In this document: positions 8,867 to 17,375 of the stretch, in pieces
How the letters are laid out: every line of letters begins with the position of its first letter
Position numbering within the stretch: position 1 is the stretch's first letter
IMG/VR virus record: IMGVR_UViG_3300025782_000067
Span: 1-25,217 of that record
Length of the DNA stretch: 25,217 bases
Origin: a virus
Lineage: Duplodnaviria; Caudoviricetes
Direction: 5' to 3' (one strand)
Made by a program: the position numbers and the translations under genes
The notes under the pieces: generated by a model
What the model was told of the DNA's origin: nothing
The model's database searches: none
The model's input: the letters and a program-made list of their open reading frames with translations, nothing else

Positions 8867-11149
8867 TTAGAAGCCGCGGTCGGCTTGAGCAAACTTGTTT
8901 GCGAAGAATGGAGTAGAACCCCATACTTCATTCTGAACCTTACGGAATGCAGCAGAATTCATTTCTGCAAGCATGTGTGGGTCCAGTTCCTCCGACTCTG
9001 ACAAGTCAGAGGCGTCGTTTCCGGTAGAAGCGTTGATGAGGCCCTTACGGAAGGTGTTTCCACCACGGTAAGACTCAACAGCGTTCTTCTTAGCATTAGC
9101 AACTGCTTCGGTAGCAGCCTTAGTGGCGGCCTCCGCAATCATTGCTGCAACTTGGTCGGCTGTAAACATATTTTCAGACACGGTGTTCTCCTGTGCTTCT
9201 ATAGTTGATTCTTCAGCAGCAACTTCTTCAGCGGCAACCTCGTCTTCAGCAGCAGGTGCTTCATCAGCAACTACTTCTTCTTCTTCGGCTACAACTTCAG
9301 CAGCAGGTGCTTCAGGTGTTGATTCAATTGGCTTAATTGCAGCAGCAATAACTGCGGCAAGGGCCGAAAGGTCTGCATCGCTCAGCGTACGGACGGCAGC
9401 GGTTTCAAGCGTTGCTTCCTCAGCAGGAGTCTCTACAGGTGTGTTTTCATCGGACACTTCTGTCTCCATTTCTTCAGTTGGGGCGTTGTCGCTTGACTCT
9501 GCCTGTGGTACGGGGTCCCCACAAGTGGGGCAATACATGGCGTCCTGTGGCGTAGATGTGCCACAGTTGCCACAGCCGAGCGCATTTGCCGTCATTGATT
9601 CTGGCAATAGCGCTCCACACATGTGACAATGGATTGCGTCTTCCATAGCAGCAGCGCCGCATTCAGAGCATTCCATGTTGTTGTCGTTTGTCATTTCTTC
9701 ATCCTCTGGTCCCATGCCACCAGCATCGCCGGTTGCATCTACCTGTGACCAGTCAGGCTTAGATAGGTAAATGTCGCCATCGTCATCTGGGTCAATTGCG
9801 TGCATAGCAGCAATGGCACCAAAAGCAATACGGTTGGCAACAATCCTTAGTTTGTGAGGGTCATTTGTTTGACCACTGATATTAATTGTATCATAGTCGT
9901 TAACAAGTGAAATAGAAGCATAGGCTTCTAGAATTTCTTGGAAATCGTTAGCAAGTTGTTCTTGTTCGCTAACAATGTTTACACCATACTTCTTTGCCGC
10001 AGACTTAATGCGTGATTTAATACGCGCTAGTTGGGCAGCAGTGTAAAGTTTGGCGTTCTTGTCTTGGTTAATGTATGACCAAGCAGCACGAACGTGACCG
10101 GCACCATTGATAGGATAACGCTTTTGCTTGTCCTTCTGGTATCCAGGGTCAGCGTAGGCAACATCGCCATAAGGCTTAGATGCGTCCTTTTCAAAAATCT
10201 TGTTTACGGCTTCTTCAACCGCTTCTTCCACTGCATCGCGAATTACTTCAGCGGCTTCGTGGGCAACTAATTCTTCGTCACGGGAAATAACTTCTACAGT
10301 TTCAACCGATTCAAAAATTGCTAGTTTGTTGTGTGATTCCGCAAGGGAAGCGTATTGGATTTCTGCACCTTCAACGCCAGGGCTGTTGGTGAAGTCAATG
10401 CCGTGAATAGCAAGGTCGTCAGCAGTAGTTGCTTCTTGACCGTCAGTGTGTACAACCGTTTCTGGATTGCCACGCCATTCACCACGAATAGAAACGCCCT
10501 TAATGAACTTTCCTGCAGCAAGGTTTGCAACGTCACGGCCATGGGCTGTGTTTGCAATTTCTGCTTCAAACATGGCAGAACCGTCAGCAAGAAGTTTTAC
10601 GTTAGTAATGCGACCAACAGTTGAAGTTGCGTCGTCTTGAAAGGCCGCTGCGTGGCTAGTAGCCATGTTTAATGGCATTCCATTACCAGATTCAATCTGG
10701 CTTTGCATACGCTCTACAGCCTTTGCGATGTTCCCGCGGGTGTAAAGACGACGGTTTTTTGAAAGACCGGGCTTTAGAAAAATACCACGAATAGTGGCTG
10801 CCTTAGTTGAGGCCATGTTTGTCTCCTGGGATTCTTTGGCATCTAGTTTTTTAATAATTCCATTGACCCAAGAACGACCAGCATCCCCACCCCAGCCAAG
10901 CCAAGCAATGTAGCCAGCGGAAGGGTTTGAAGCGTTTGCCCAGTCTTTGCCCTTTTTGTCAACTTCGTGACGTGCAAAGTATGAGTGCATTCTTTTGATG
11001 GTGTCAGCGGAAATATTCTTACCATTAGAAAGGTCGCGTGCACGCGCAACACCTACCGCGGTCATGCCGCGATTGTGCTTTTTGCGCAGTTCTAATGAAC
11101 GCGCAGCATTGCTTCGAACTTGTGCTGGTGGTGAAAAACTGTCTGTCAT
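8867..11149 (-). CDS. Multidomain prohead protease / scaffold protein
   Basis: T4 gp21-like protease motifs (SKNRRLY, SH, GVSIRG, IDFTNSPG). Also an N-terminal helical domain, a DUF6582-like domain, four CxxC knuckles and an acidic scaffold C-terminus. Confidence 0.85.
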   Translation of the reverse strand: MTDSFSPPAQVRSNAARSLELRKKHNRGMTAVGVARARDLSNGKNISADTIKRMHSYFARHEVDKKGKDWANASNPSAGYIAWLGWGGDAGRSWVNGIIKKLDAKESQETNMASTKAATIRGIFLKPGLSKNRRLYTRGNIAKAVERMQSQIESGNGMPLNMATSHAAAFQDDATSTVGRITNVKLLADGSAMFEAEIANTAHGRDVANLAAGKFIKGVSIRGEWRGNPETVVHTDGQEATTADDLAIHGIDFTNSPGVEGAEIQYASLAESHNKLAIFESVETVEVISRDEELVAHEAAEVIRDAVEEAVEEAVNKIFEKDASKPYGDVAYADPGYQKDKQKRYPINGAGHVRAAWSYINQDKNAKLYTAAQLARIKSRIKSAAKKYGVNIVSEQEQLANDFQEILEAYASISLVNDYDTINISGQTNDPHKLRIVANRIAFGAIAAMHAIDPDDDGDIYLSKPDWSQVDATGDAGGMGPEDEEMTNDNNMECSECGAAAMEDAIHCHMCGALLPESMTANALGCGNCGTSTPQDAMYCPTCGDPVPQAESSDNAPTEEMETEVSDENTPVETPAEEATLETAAVRTLSDADLSALAAVIAAAIKPIESTPEAPAAEVVAEEEEVVADEAPAAEDEVAAEEVAAEESTIEAQENTVSENMFTADQVAAMIAEAATKAATEAVANAKKNAVESYRGGNTFRKGLINASTGNDASDLSESEELDPHMLAEMNSAAFRKVQNEVWGSTPFFANKFAQADRGF

Positions 11150-11159
11150 AATCTAATTT

Positions 11160-11642
11160 TCATCTTGGTGTAAAACGTTTTCCACGAAACTTCCAACGAC
11201 TTACCTGCTTTAGGCGGTGTTGACGTTTGTATAAACGCTTTCTAAATCCGTGGTGCCTTGTTCGGCCCCATTGGGTTCTGCCGTATGCACGACTTGAACC
11301 TACTTCTTTTACAAACTTTTTTGGAATACCACTAATGCTTGGTTTTTTAAAACGCGCACGTGTTTGATAGCGCATGAAACGAATACCCATTGCGTGGGCT
11401 TTCATTGTCGTTATTTCACGCATATTGAATGCACGCGCTGCTGCGCCGGTTTCGCGCATTTTAATGGTGGTTTTTCTTAGGCCGTGATATGGGACTGACT
11501 TAGTGTGTCGCATCTGACCACGGGCCGCGCGGGCGGCTTTAAGGTTTGCACGTTCCGCAGCCAACTGTGCAGCAGTCTGCGAACCAGATGGATACTTTTT
11601 GTGCATTGCATAGGATGCAGCACGACCTAAATAGTTACCCAT
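11160..11642 (-). CDS. Highly basic hypothetical protein
   Basis: 160 aa with about 42 K/R and 4 acidic residues; TAATG coupling with the upstream ORF. Confidence 0.75.
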   Translation of the reverse strand: MGNYLGRAASYAMHKKYPSGSQTAAQLAAERANLKAARAARGQMRHTKSVPYHGLRKTTIKMRETGAAARAFNMREITTMKAHAMGIRFMRYQTRARFKKPSISGIPKKFVKEVGSSRAYGRTQWGRTRHHGFRKRLYKRQHRLKQVSRWKFRGKRFTPR

Positions 11643-11800
11643 TAGCCTACTTCTTTAGATACCAATGCTGCGGCCTTGGCGGCAGTCATTCCCTTGTATC
11701 GGGTGAAGTTAAAAATTGGCTTTGTTTGGTCAACCTGTGGGAAAGAATCAACGTTAGTGATTCCACCTTCAGTAGAAACATTTGGTTCTTCGTTATTCAT
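11642..11800 (-). CDS. Small hypothetical protein (52 aa)
   Basis: MNNEEPNVSTEGG...VSKEVG. Its ATG overlaps the portal end and it fills the gap exactly. Confidence 0.6.
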   Translation of the reverse strand: MNNEEPNVSTEGGITNVDSFPQVDQTKPIFNFTRYKGMTAAKAAALVSKEVG

Positions 11801-13298
11801 CTTCTTGAACCGTTTCGATTGTTTTGTTAGCCTTACCAGTGTTTCGTGGCTTCTTAAGAAGTTTGTTTGGTTCCTTAGCAGCGACTGCGGCCTTTCCACC
11901 ACTAACGTTGCTTGTTGGTGCCGTTGTAGGACCTTGCATAGCGTTTTGTGGCGTTCCCTGAACCTTGGCAATATTAAGGTTTGCCGTAGAAAGTTCTTTA
12001 AGGTCTGACCATAGAACCATGTTCTGACGGTCAACAAGAATTGGGTCATCGCCACCTTCAATTGGTGGTTCGCCAATGTCTGCGCGGGCGCGGTTAATAG
12101 TCCATGAACCATTGCGGATACGCTGGTCACGAATTTGTTCAATAACTTCGTCGTCACGCCAGTCAACAACACCGAACTTCAATGTCCAGTCTTTGATGCC
12201 ATGTGCTTGGTATAGAAGTGCGAATGAAAACTTTTCAAGAACAAGTTCCTGAATTGGACCTACGGTGTTAACACGGAAGGTCTTGTCTTGTGATGTTCCC
12301 GTACCACCACCGATGTTGCCTGATTCAACAACACCGACTTTTGATGGTGGAACACCATAGCCAGAAAGAATTTCGTCACGACGTTGCTGAAGTGTGCTTA
12401 ACCAGTTATTAATTTGGTTAACACCCATTTCATTAACGATTGCGCCACCCTTGGTTTCAAAAAGGTTACCGATGTTACGGGCACCAAGGTTTCGGGTTGC
12501 GTACTGCTGTTGTAGGCGCTTCATTTCTGATTCAGGAAGGGCAAGTGGCCAGTCGACGTGGGCGCGCATTGGGTCACCACGCTTCATCGTTTCCTTAATC
12601 AAAGCAGCCGTAAAAAGCCAAGAAGTAATAGGCAGAATGTTCTTCTGCGTTGGGCTTACACCGTAAAGGGTGTCGCCTGGTGAATCAAACTTGACGTGGA
12701 TAACTTCATTTGGCTTAAATCGTGCAATACGATTAGTAGCAGTCTTTTGAACGTATCCCTTAATAACACCATGCTCGTCGGCAATAACTGTCATTGTTTG
12801 TGGGTCAAGTTGGTAAAGGGCAACAGGTTCACCCATTGTCCATACAACTTCAGTAAAAGAATCACCAAAAATAAGAAGGTCAGTAACAATACTGCGCATC
12901 AATTGACGAACGTCATCTTTTGGATTTATGTAGTTAAGAAGTTCTTGAATCTTTTTAACTTCTTCTGGTGCTTCTGGCGTTACGTTTTCACCAGTGACAC
13001 CACCGATGTATGTAACTTCAAGCCCACCAGCGGTGGCTGTACGGGCAATTGTGTCAACAGAAGCAGATGCCCATGTGCAAGCAAGGTAAGCCTGCATAAG
13101 TTGCTGCATGAAAGTAGGGCGGTCAAGTGTTCCCGCAGTTACGCTTTCACCAGGGTTTTGTTCAGAAGTTCCACCAAGTGGAACGCCGGTTGCATAACCA
13201 GCGCGCTTTGGTCCGCTTTTAGGACGGGCTTCTTCAATTTGTAAATCGAAGGAAGCACCCGCTTCTTCGAGTCCCCTTCTAAAAGATGTAATAGGCAT
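11793..13298 (-). CDS. Portal protein
   Basis: DLLIFGDSF, LYQLDPQTM, EVIHVK...YGVSP, ILSGYGVPPSKVG and TINRARADIGEPPIEGGD, all HK97-type portal motifs. Confidence 0.95.
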   Translation of the reverse strand: MPITSFRRGLEEAGASFDLQIEEARPKSGPKRAGYATGVPLGGTSEQNPGESVTAGTLDRPTFMQQLMQAYLACTWASASVDTIARTATAGGLEVTYIGGVTGENVTPEAPEEVKKIQELLNYINPKDDVRQLMRSIVTDLLIFGDSFTEVVWTMGEPVALYQLDPQTMTVIADEHGVIKGYVQKTATNRIARFKPNEVIHVKFDSPGDTLYGVSPTQKNILPITSWLFTAALIKETMKRGDPMRAHVDWPLALPESEMKRLQQQYATRNLGARNIGNLFETKGGAIVNEMGVNQINNWLSTLQQRRDEILSGYGVPPSKVGVVESGNIGGGTGTSQDKTFRVNTVGPIQELVLEKFSFALLYQAHGIKDWTLKFGVVDWRDDEVIEQIRDQRIRNGSWTINRARADIGEPPIEGGDDPILVDRQNMVLWSDLKELSTANLNIAKVQGTPQNAMQGPTTAPTSNVSGGKAAVAAKEPNKLLKKPRNTGKANKTIETVQEDE

Positions 13299-13313
13299 TA
13301 CAGATTTCTTTCT

Positions 13314-14837
13314 TTAGTTGAAGGGAAGCGAAAAGTCACCAACAAACATGTTTCCAAAATTGGGTGATTGTAGGGGTTGTGATTCATCTTCCATAACAGC
13401 AACCATTGTATCAGGTAGCCCAGTATTAAAAACAGGATTACTTTCATAAATAATTGGTCGTGCGTAGTTACCGGCGTACATGCAGACATACCGAAGGGCG
13501 TCAGCAATGTGGTCGGGAACATTCCTTGTTTCAGCATCATCAGGCTTTGTGGCGCTTCTTGGAAGTGAAGGAATTTGTTCTACAAACTGTGGACAACTTT
13601 CTTCAAAGACATGAAGCATTGGGCATTTTTCCCAACCCATGTTGCGGTGCAAATCACATGCAGGCGCATCGTTTAGGTATTGGTGAACGCGCGACCAACC
13701 GTTAATACGGTCATTGTCGGCCTTCATAATGCCGCAGCCTTCTATTCCATAAATGTCTGCAATAGACATTGGTGTACCGCGTGACCCCCACATAGAAGGG
13801 TCTGCAACGCGAATGACTTCATATTCACCGTGCGAATGTTCTGTTTCAAGAATTATCTTTGCCTGGTCGTCAGCATTTACGCCAGTTACACAGATTTCAC
13901 GGTAAACCCAAATTCTTCCATCATTGTCAGTGGCAATCCAAACGACCGCAAATGGGTCCCTGAATCCATAGTCAATTCCGGCGTACTTTGGCCATTCTGG
14001 TGGAATGGGGAATTGTTTGACAACATGCTTAGAATATTGCCATTGTTCAAAGAACTGCCCGACCATTGCATCCCAGTCGCCGTCACGCATTGCGGCTCGA
14101 CGCTGTGGGTCGGGAATTGAATTAAGAACCGCATCATACCCTTCGTTAACGTGGGGGTTATCGGTTGCTTTTGCAGGGATATAACAGACTTCACGGCTGT
14201 AACTGCTGCCTTCTGTTACTTCCTTGTGACGCTTTTTACCACGCTGTGTGGGGTTAATAAAGCGGTCTTTAAGATATTTGTGGCCAACGCCACCTGGGTT
14301 AGAAGCAAGACGCAAACCGATAACGGGTACCAATTTGCTACCAGAACGAAGACGTTCTTCAATGTGCTGAATAACCTGGGGAAGCATAAGTGATGCTTCG
14401 TCAATGTAGAAAGCCTGGTATTCACCACCCAAGATACGGGATGCGTCAACTAGGTTTTCAGCGTAAGTAAAGTTAATTACAGAACCATTTGCAAACTTCA
14501 ACACCTTGTTGGTGGAATTCCATTTTGCACCAAGGTCTTTGGCATAGCCCCATTTTGCTAACTGGGCTAGAAATGATTCTTCAAGTTCTGGGTAAGAACG
14601 ACGAAAACAACCGATTTTAATTCCTGGGAAATTGGCGGCATTCCAAAGGGCGTCCATAAGGAACGCAGCAGTTTTTCCACCACCAGCGGCACCACCATAA
14701 AGAATGGCATCAATTCGTTCTGCTGAAGCGGTGTGAAATACTTTCTGGCGTTCGTGTGGTTCATAACCAAGAATGCCAAAAACGTCGACCGTTTCCGGTA
14801 CAACTGAATTTGAAATGAACTTACCAAAGTTGGACAT
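13314..14837 (-). CDS. terL: Terminase large subunit
   Basis: Walker A YGGAAGGGKT, Walker B FYIDEA, coupling motif ASNPGG, nuclease motifs GIDYG.RDP and DHIADALRY. Confidence 0.96.
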   Translation of the reverse strand: MSNFGKFISNSVVPETVDVFGILGYEPHERQKVFHTASAERIDAILYGGAAGGGKTAAFLMDALWNAANFPGIKIGCFRRSYPELEESFLAQLAKWGYAKDLGAKWNSTNKVLKFANGSVINFTYAENLVDASRILGGEYQAFYIDEASLMLPQVIQHIEERLRSGSKLVPVIGLRLASNPGGVGHKYLKDRFINPTQRGKKRHKEVTEGSSYSREVCYIPAKATDNPHVNEGYDAVLNSIPDPQRRAAMRDGDWDAMVGQFFEQWQYSKHVVKQFPIPPEWPKYAGIDYGFRDPFAVVWIATDNDGRIWVYREICVTGVNADDQAKIILETEHSHGEYEVIRVADPSMWGSRGTPMSIADIYGIEGCGIMKADNDRINGWSRVHQYLNDAPACDLHRNMGWEKCPMLHVFEESCPQFVEQIPSLPRSATKPDDAETRNVPDHIADALRYVCMYAGNYARPIIYESNPVFNTGLPDTMVAVMEDESQPLQSPNFGNMFVGDFSLPFN

Positions 14838-15121
14838 TACTTAACCCAGAAGTAAATTGACCAGGCAATCCCCATGATAGTAGCGGTCAAAAAGGTAAAA
14901 CCAATAGCAGTAAATAGGAATGAAACTGCTTCGGTGTATTTGATTTTTGATGCGCCATCAGCGAGTATAAGGGCGTTGTTCGTTTCAATCCAGGCAACAG
15001 TCTTTTCGTACCGTTCATTTCCTAGGATTTCACGTGCCTCAATTTCACTTGCACCAACAAGGCCGTGTAGGCCATTGTTGATAAGTTCTGTAAATTCGCC
15101 TTCAAATTCTTCGTTGGCCAT
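14837..15121 (-). CDS. Hypothetical membrane protein
   Basis: 94 aa with one C-terminal hydrophobic segment; TAATG coupling to terL. Confidence 0.7.
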   Translation of the reverse strand: MANEEFEGEFTELINNGLHGLVGASEIEAREILGNERYEKTVAWIETNNALILADGASKIKYTEAVSFLFTAIGFTFLTATIMGIAWSIYFWVK

Positions 15122-15129
15122 TTTTTTCC

Positions 15130-15330
15130 TTAGAAACGAAATTCTTCGTTAGAATCGTTGGACATTAAACGGCGAATAAATTCGTCGTGGGCTTCCCATT
15201 GTAAATCGGGGGGCAGTTTCTTCATTATAGAAACCTGCCATTTTTCAAAGCCCAGTAAGTAAAGTTCTTCTTCACTTGGGGCACAATTGCACACCTTATC
15301 AGGGGTACAATGATGGCGACTATTAACCAT
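15130..15330 (-). CDS. Small hypothetical protein
   Basis: 66-aa ORF filling the gap; start position uncertain. Confidence 0.55.
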   Translation of the reverse strand: MVNSRHHCTPDKVCNCAPSEEELYLLGFEKWQVSIMKKLPPDLQWEAHDEFIRRLMSNDSNEEFRF

Positions 15331-15331
15331 A

Positions 15332-15359
15332 AGATTACAGCACTTTTCATGTTTGTCAA
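15332..15359 (-). promoter_or_regulatory. Candidate sigma70/SigA-type promoter ahead of packaging genes
   Basis: TTGACA-16 nt-TAATCT. Confidence 0.45.
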
Positions 15360-15940
15360 GTATTTCGCTTTGGGTGCCTTGCAGGTGGTTGGTCCGTTAC
15401 AAGGGGAATCCCGTCAGAAGCCGTTAATTGTCGCTTATATGCCTTCCATTTGAAACGGTCAGGTGCGCCTTCGTCTACCCATTCAGAGTAGCAGGGAATG
15501 CACATTGCTGTTTTTACCGCTGGAAGAACCACGCAGATTTCGCATGGTTCGCTTGTTACACGACTGCGTTTTGCTTCAACGCCTTCTTTTAGAAAGTTAA
15601 TACTTTGGTGGATTTGCCGAAGGTTTTCTTCGGATTTGATAATTAAGCGTTCTATATTTTTGACCTGTTCACGAACTGGGTCACGCGGTTGTCTGCCTTC
15701 AACTTTGGCAATAACAGCACGCTCTACGGATGAAGATTCAGGTTTTCCGCTTGTGCGGGCAATGGCTAGGTTTGAACCAGAACCAGAACTGTTTGAAGAA
15801 TCGATGGATACAGAATCCCTACGAACTAATTCTTCTAAATCTTCAAGTCGCAACTTTGCAGCAAATTTGTTGATATTTTCAAGACTTTCGACCATTCGCT
15901 TCAAACGCTGTTGAGAACGACGGTTTAGTTTCCTTGCCAC
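15356..15940 (-). CDS. Hypothetical protein with C-terminal CxxC...CxxC zinc finger (possible late regulator)
   Basis: GTG start with GGAG upstream; helical body; CEIC...CIPC. The regulatory role is inferred only from position. Confidence 0.65.
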   Translation of the reverse strand: MARKLNRRSQQRLKRMVESLENINKFAAKLRLEDLEELVRRDSVSIDSSNSSGSGSNLAIARTSGKPESSSVERAVIAKVEGRQPRDPVREQVKNIERLIIKSEENLRQIHQSINFLKEGVEAKRSRVTSEPCEICVVLPAVKTAMCIPCYSEWVDEGAPDRFKWKAYKRQLTASDGIPLVTDQPPARHPKRNT

Positions 15941-15954
15941 AAAAAGACTCCGTT

Positions 15955-15982
15955 AAATATAAAAGGACGCCGCCTGGCGCCC
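15955..15982 (-). terminator. Intrinsic terminator-like hairpin
   Basis: GGGCGCC-AGGC-GGCGTCC followed by TTTTATATTT. Confidence 0.6.
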
Positions 15983-15993
15983 ACTTAACTACT

Positions 15994-16022
15994 ATCGTAT
16001 GTAAAAAAACTTAGTCTGTCAA
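15994..16022 (-). promoter_or_regulatory. Sigma70/SigA-type promoter
   Basis: TTGACA-17 nt-TACGAT. Confidence 0.7.
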
Positions 16023-16346
16023 GGATTTATTATACGCTTTTAGCAAAACTACAAACTGTTCAAGTTCCATCGTAACGTAAGACTTGTTTGTGCCAGTACG
16101 GGCACGCTTGTGTATTACTGCCCAAAGTTTGTTGGCTTTTTTTCCGGAAACTTCGGCTTGTTTGCACCATTCTGATAAGGCCATTGCTTTGTGGTTTTTC
16201 GCTTCAAGGACCATCGGCGTGTTTCGAATGTCACCAAGTGCCATATCGCTACTGCCCCAACGCTCAGCGTCAGGAAAACCACTTTCATTAAGGAAGCGTA
16301 CGATTGCAGTTTCGAAACTGGTTCCTTTTGCACGTGCCTTACTCAC
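16011..16346 (-). CDS. Holliday junction resolvase (Hjc-like PD-(D/E)xK nuclease)
   Basis: KAKGTSFE-like N-terminus (RAKGTSFETAIVRFL), GDI, LEAKN, and VIHKR...YVTM motifs. Confidence 0.85.
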   Translation of the reverse strand: MSKARAKGTSFETAIVRFLNESGFPDAERWGSSDMALGDIRNTPMVLEAKNHKAMALSEWCKQAEVSGKKANKLWAVIHKRARTGTNKSYVTMELEQFVVLLKAYNKSLTD

Positions 16347-16692
16347 CTTCTGTAATCATCCTGTCAATCTTACCGGCATTGGTGTCAAGGTAACCTGACA
16401 AAGTTTCGCTAGACCAGTAAAATCCACAGACAAAACACTTCTTGTGAAGATGTTCGTCAGTTCGTCCGCATAGGCACTTTTGGCCTTCGTTAAGTTTTAC
16501 ATAGGTTGTTGAAATGGTGGCACGGATTGTTCTGCGTGATTCCACCCATTTCTTAGACTTTTCATCGAACACTTGTTCGCTTGTAACAGCAATGCTGTCA
16601 TCTTCGCAAACCGTTCCGCATTTAAGGCATTCGGTTTTTACCGGATTTTCCTTCTTGTAGAACATAGAAGCGGTTACCTTTGGCACGTCCAT
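16339..16692 (-). CDS. Zinc-finger hypothetical protein
   Basis: CLKCG, CLCG, EHLHKKCFVCGFYW. Confidence 0.7.
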   Translation of the reverse strand: MDVPKVTASMFYKKENPVKTECLKCGTVCEDDSIAVTSEQVFDEKSKKWVESRRTIRATISTTYVKLNEGQKCLCGRTDEHLHKKCFVCGFYWSSETLSGYLDTNAGKIDRMITEGE

Positions 16693-16907
16693 TATTTAAG
16701 TTCCTGTACAAATTGTTTAATTCCATACCAAATAACGTACCAAGGCCAAAGAAGGGCATCGCCAACCATACGGCTAATGTAATCCTCAACCTTTAGTTCA
16801 ATTTCCTGGTCCTGCCAGTCTTTGCGTGCCCGCATGACAATTTGAAAATAGCGGACAAAAAGGGCAATGGCAACCAAGACATACACGATAAGCGCTATTA
16901 GTGCCAT
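16692..16907 (-). CDS. Hypothetical membrane protein
   Basis: Start MALIALIVY at 16907 (TAATG overlap); two hydrophobic segments, including LLWPWY. Confidence 0.7.
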   Translation of the reverse strand: MALIALIVYVLVAIALFVRYFQIVMRARKDWQDQEIELKVEDYISRMVGDALLWPWYVIWYGIKQFVQELK

Positions 16908-17119
16908 TATTTTCCTTCGTTGTAAAGATGCCTTAATTCTTCTTGATAAGCGTGGATTGTTGACCAGGCTAGTCCAAGCCTGTCGCACATCCACTCAACA
17001 TCATACGTGATTTGGTTGAGCAAGTCAACCATAATGGGATTAATTCCTTCAAGGCCGTAAAGAATGTCAATGCGGTCTAAAATAGCATTTACACGGTCAA
17101 GTTCAGCGCTATTCGCCAT
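16907..17119 (-). CDS. Hypothetical helical protein
   Basis: MANSAELDRVNAILDRID...; overlaps both neighbours. Confidence 0.65.
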   Translation of the reverse strand: MANSAELDRVNAILDRIDILYGLEGINPIMVDLLNQITYDVEWMCDRLGLAWSTIHAYQEELRHLYNEGK

Positions 17120-17252
17120 CATGCACCCAATTCGTATAAGCGGGTCGGTAGATGGGAAGTTGGCAGATATTGCAGAAATTGCGCGTGGCGTCTTCATGCA
17201 GCATTGGTGTGGGTTCGTGCTGTGTCGCTTCAACTTCTGTAAAATATTTCAT
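17109..17252 (-). CDS. Small hypothetical protein (47 aa, CxxC), probably leaderless
   Basis: MKYFTEVEATQHEPTPMLHEDATRNFCNICQLPIYRPAYTNWVHDGE*; not listed in the ORF track. Confidence 0.55.
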   Translation of the reverse strand: MKYFTEVEATQHEPTPMLHEDATRNFCNICQLPIYRPAYTNWVHDGE

Positions 17253-17258
17253 ACCAAA

Positions 17259-17286
17259 AGGCTATACGGCACTTTTAAAAAAGCAA
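17259..17286 (-). promoter_or_regulatory. Leftward promoter of divergent region
   Basis: TTGCTT-16 nt-TAGCCT, then 6 nt to the ATG at 17252. Confidence 0.5.
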
Positions 17287-17296
17287 GGATTAAAAC

Positions 17297-17325
17297 TTGA
17301 CGGCGCCGCGTTTTGGGTGTATGTT
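17297..17325 (+). promoter_or_regulatory. Rightward promoter of divergent region
   Basis: TTGACG-17 nt-TATGTT. Confidence 0.65.
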
Positions 17326-17375
17326 GTCGTGTGCCCAGATGGGAATTTGCGCACACCCTAAAACAAAGGATAAAA

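Noticed and set aside
9123-9626. 167-aa plus-strand Ser/Ala-rich ORF
   Set aside because: It is the antisense shadow of the Glu/Ala-rich scaffold codons.
11801-12172. Upstream extension of the 11642..12172 ORF
   Set aside because: It overlaps the portal gene out of frame; the ATG at 11800 gives a normal coupled gene.
114-15914. Numerous short plus-strand ORFs opposite the structural genes
   Set aside because: They lie antisense to well-supported genes and show no recognisable motifs.
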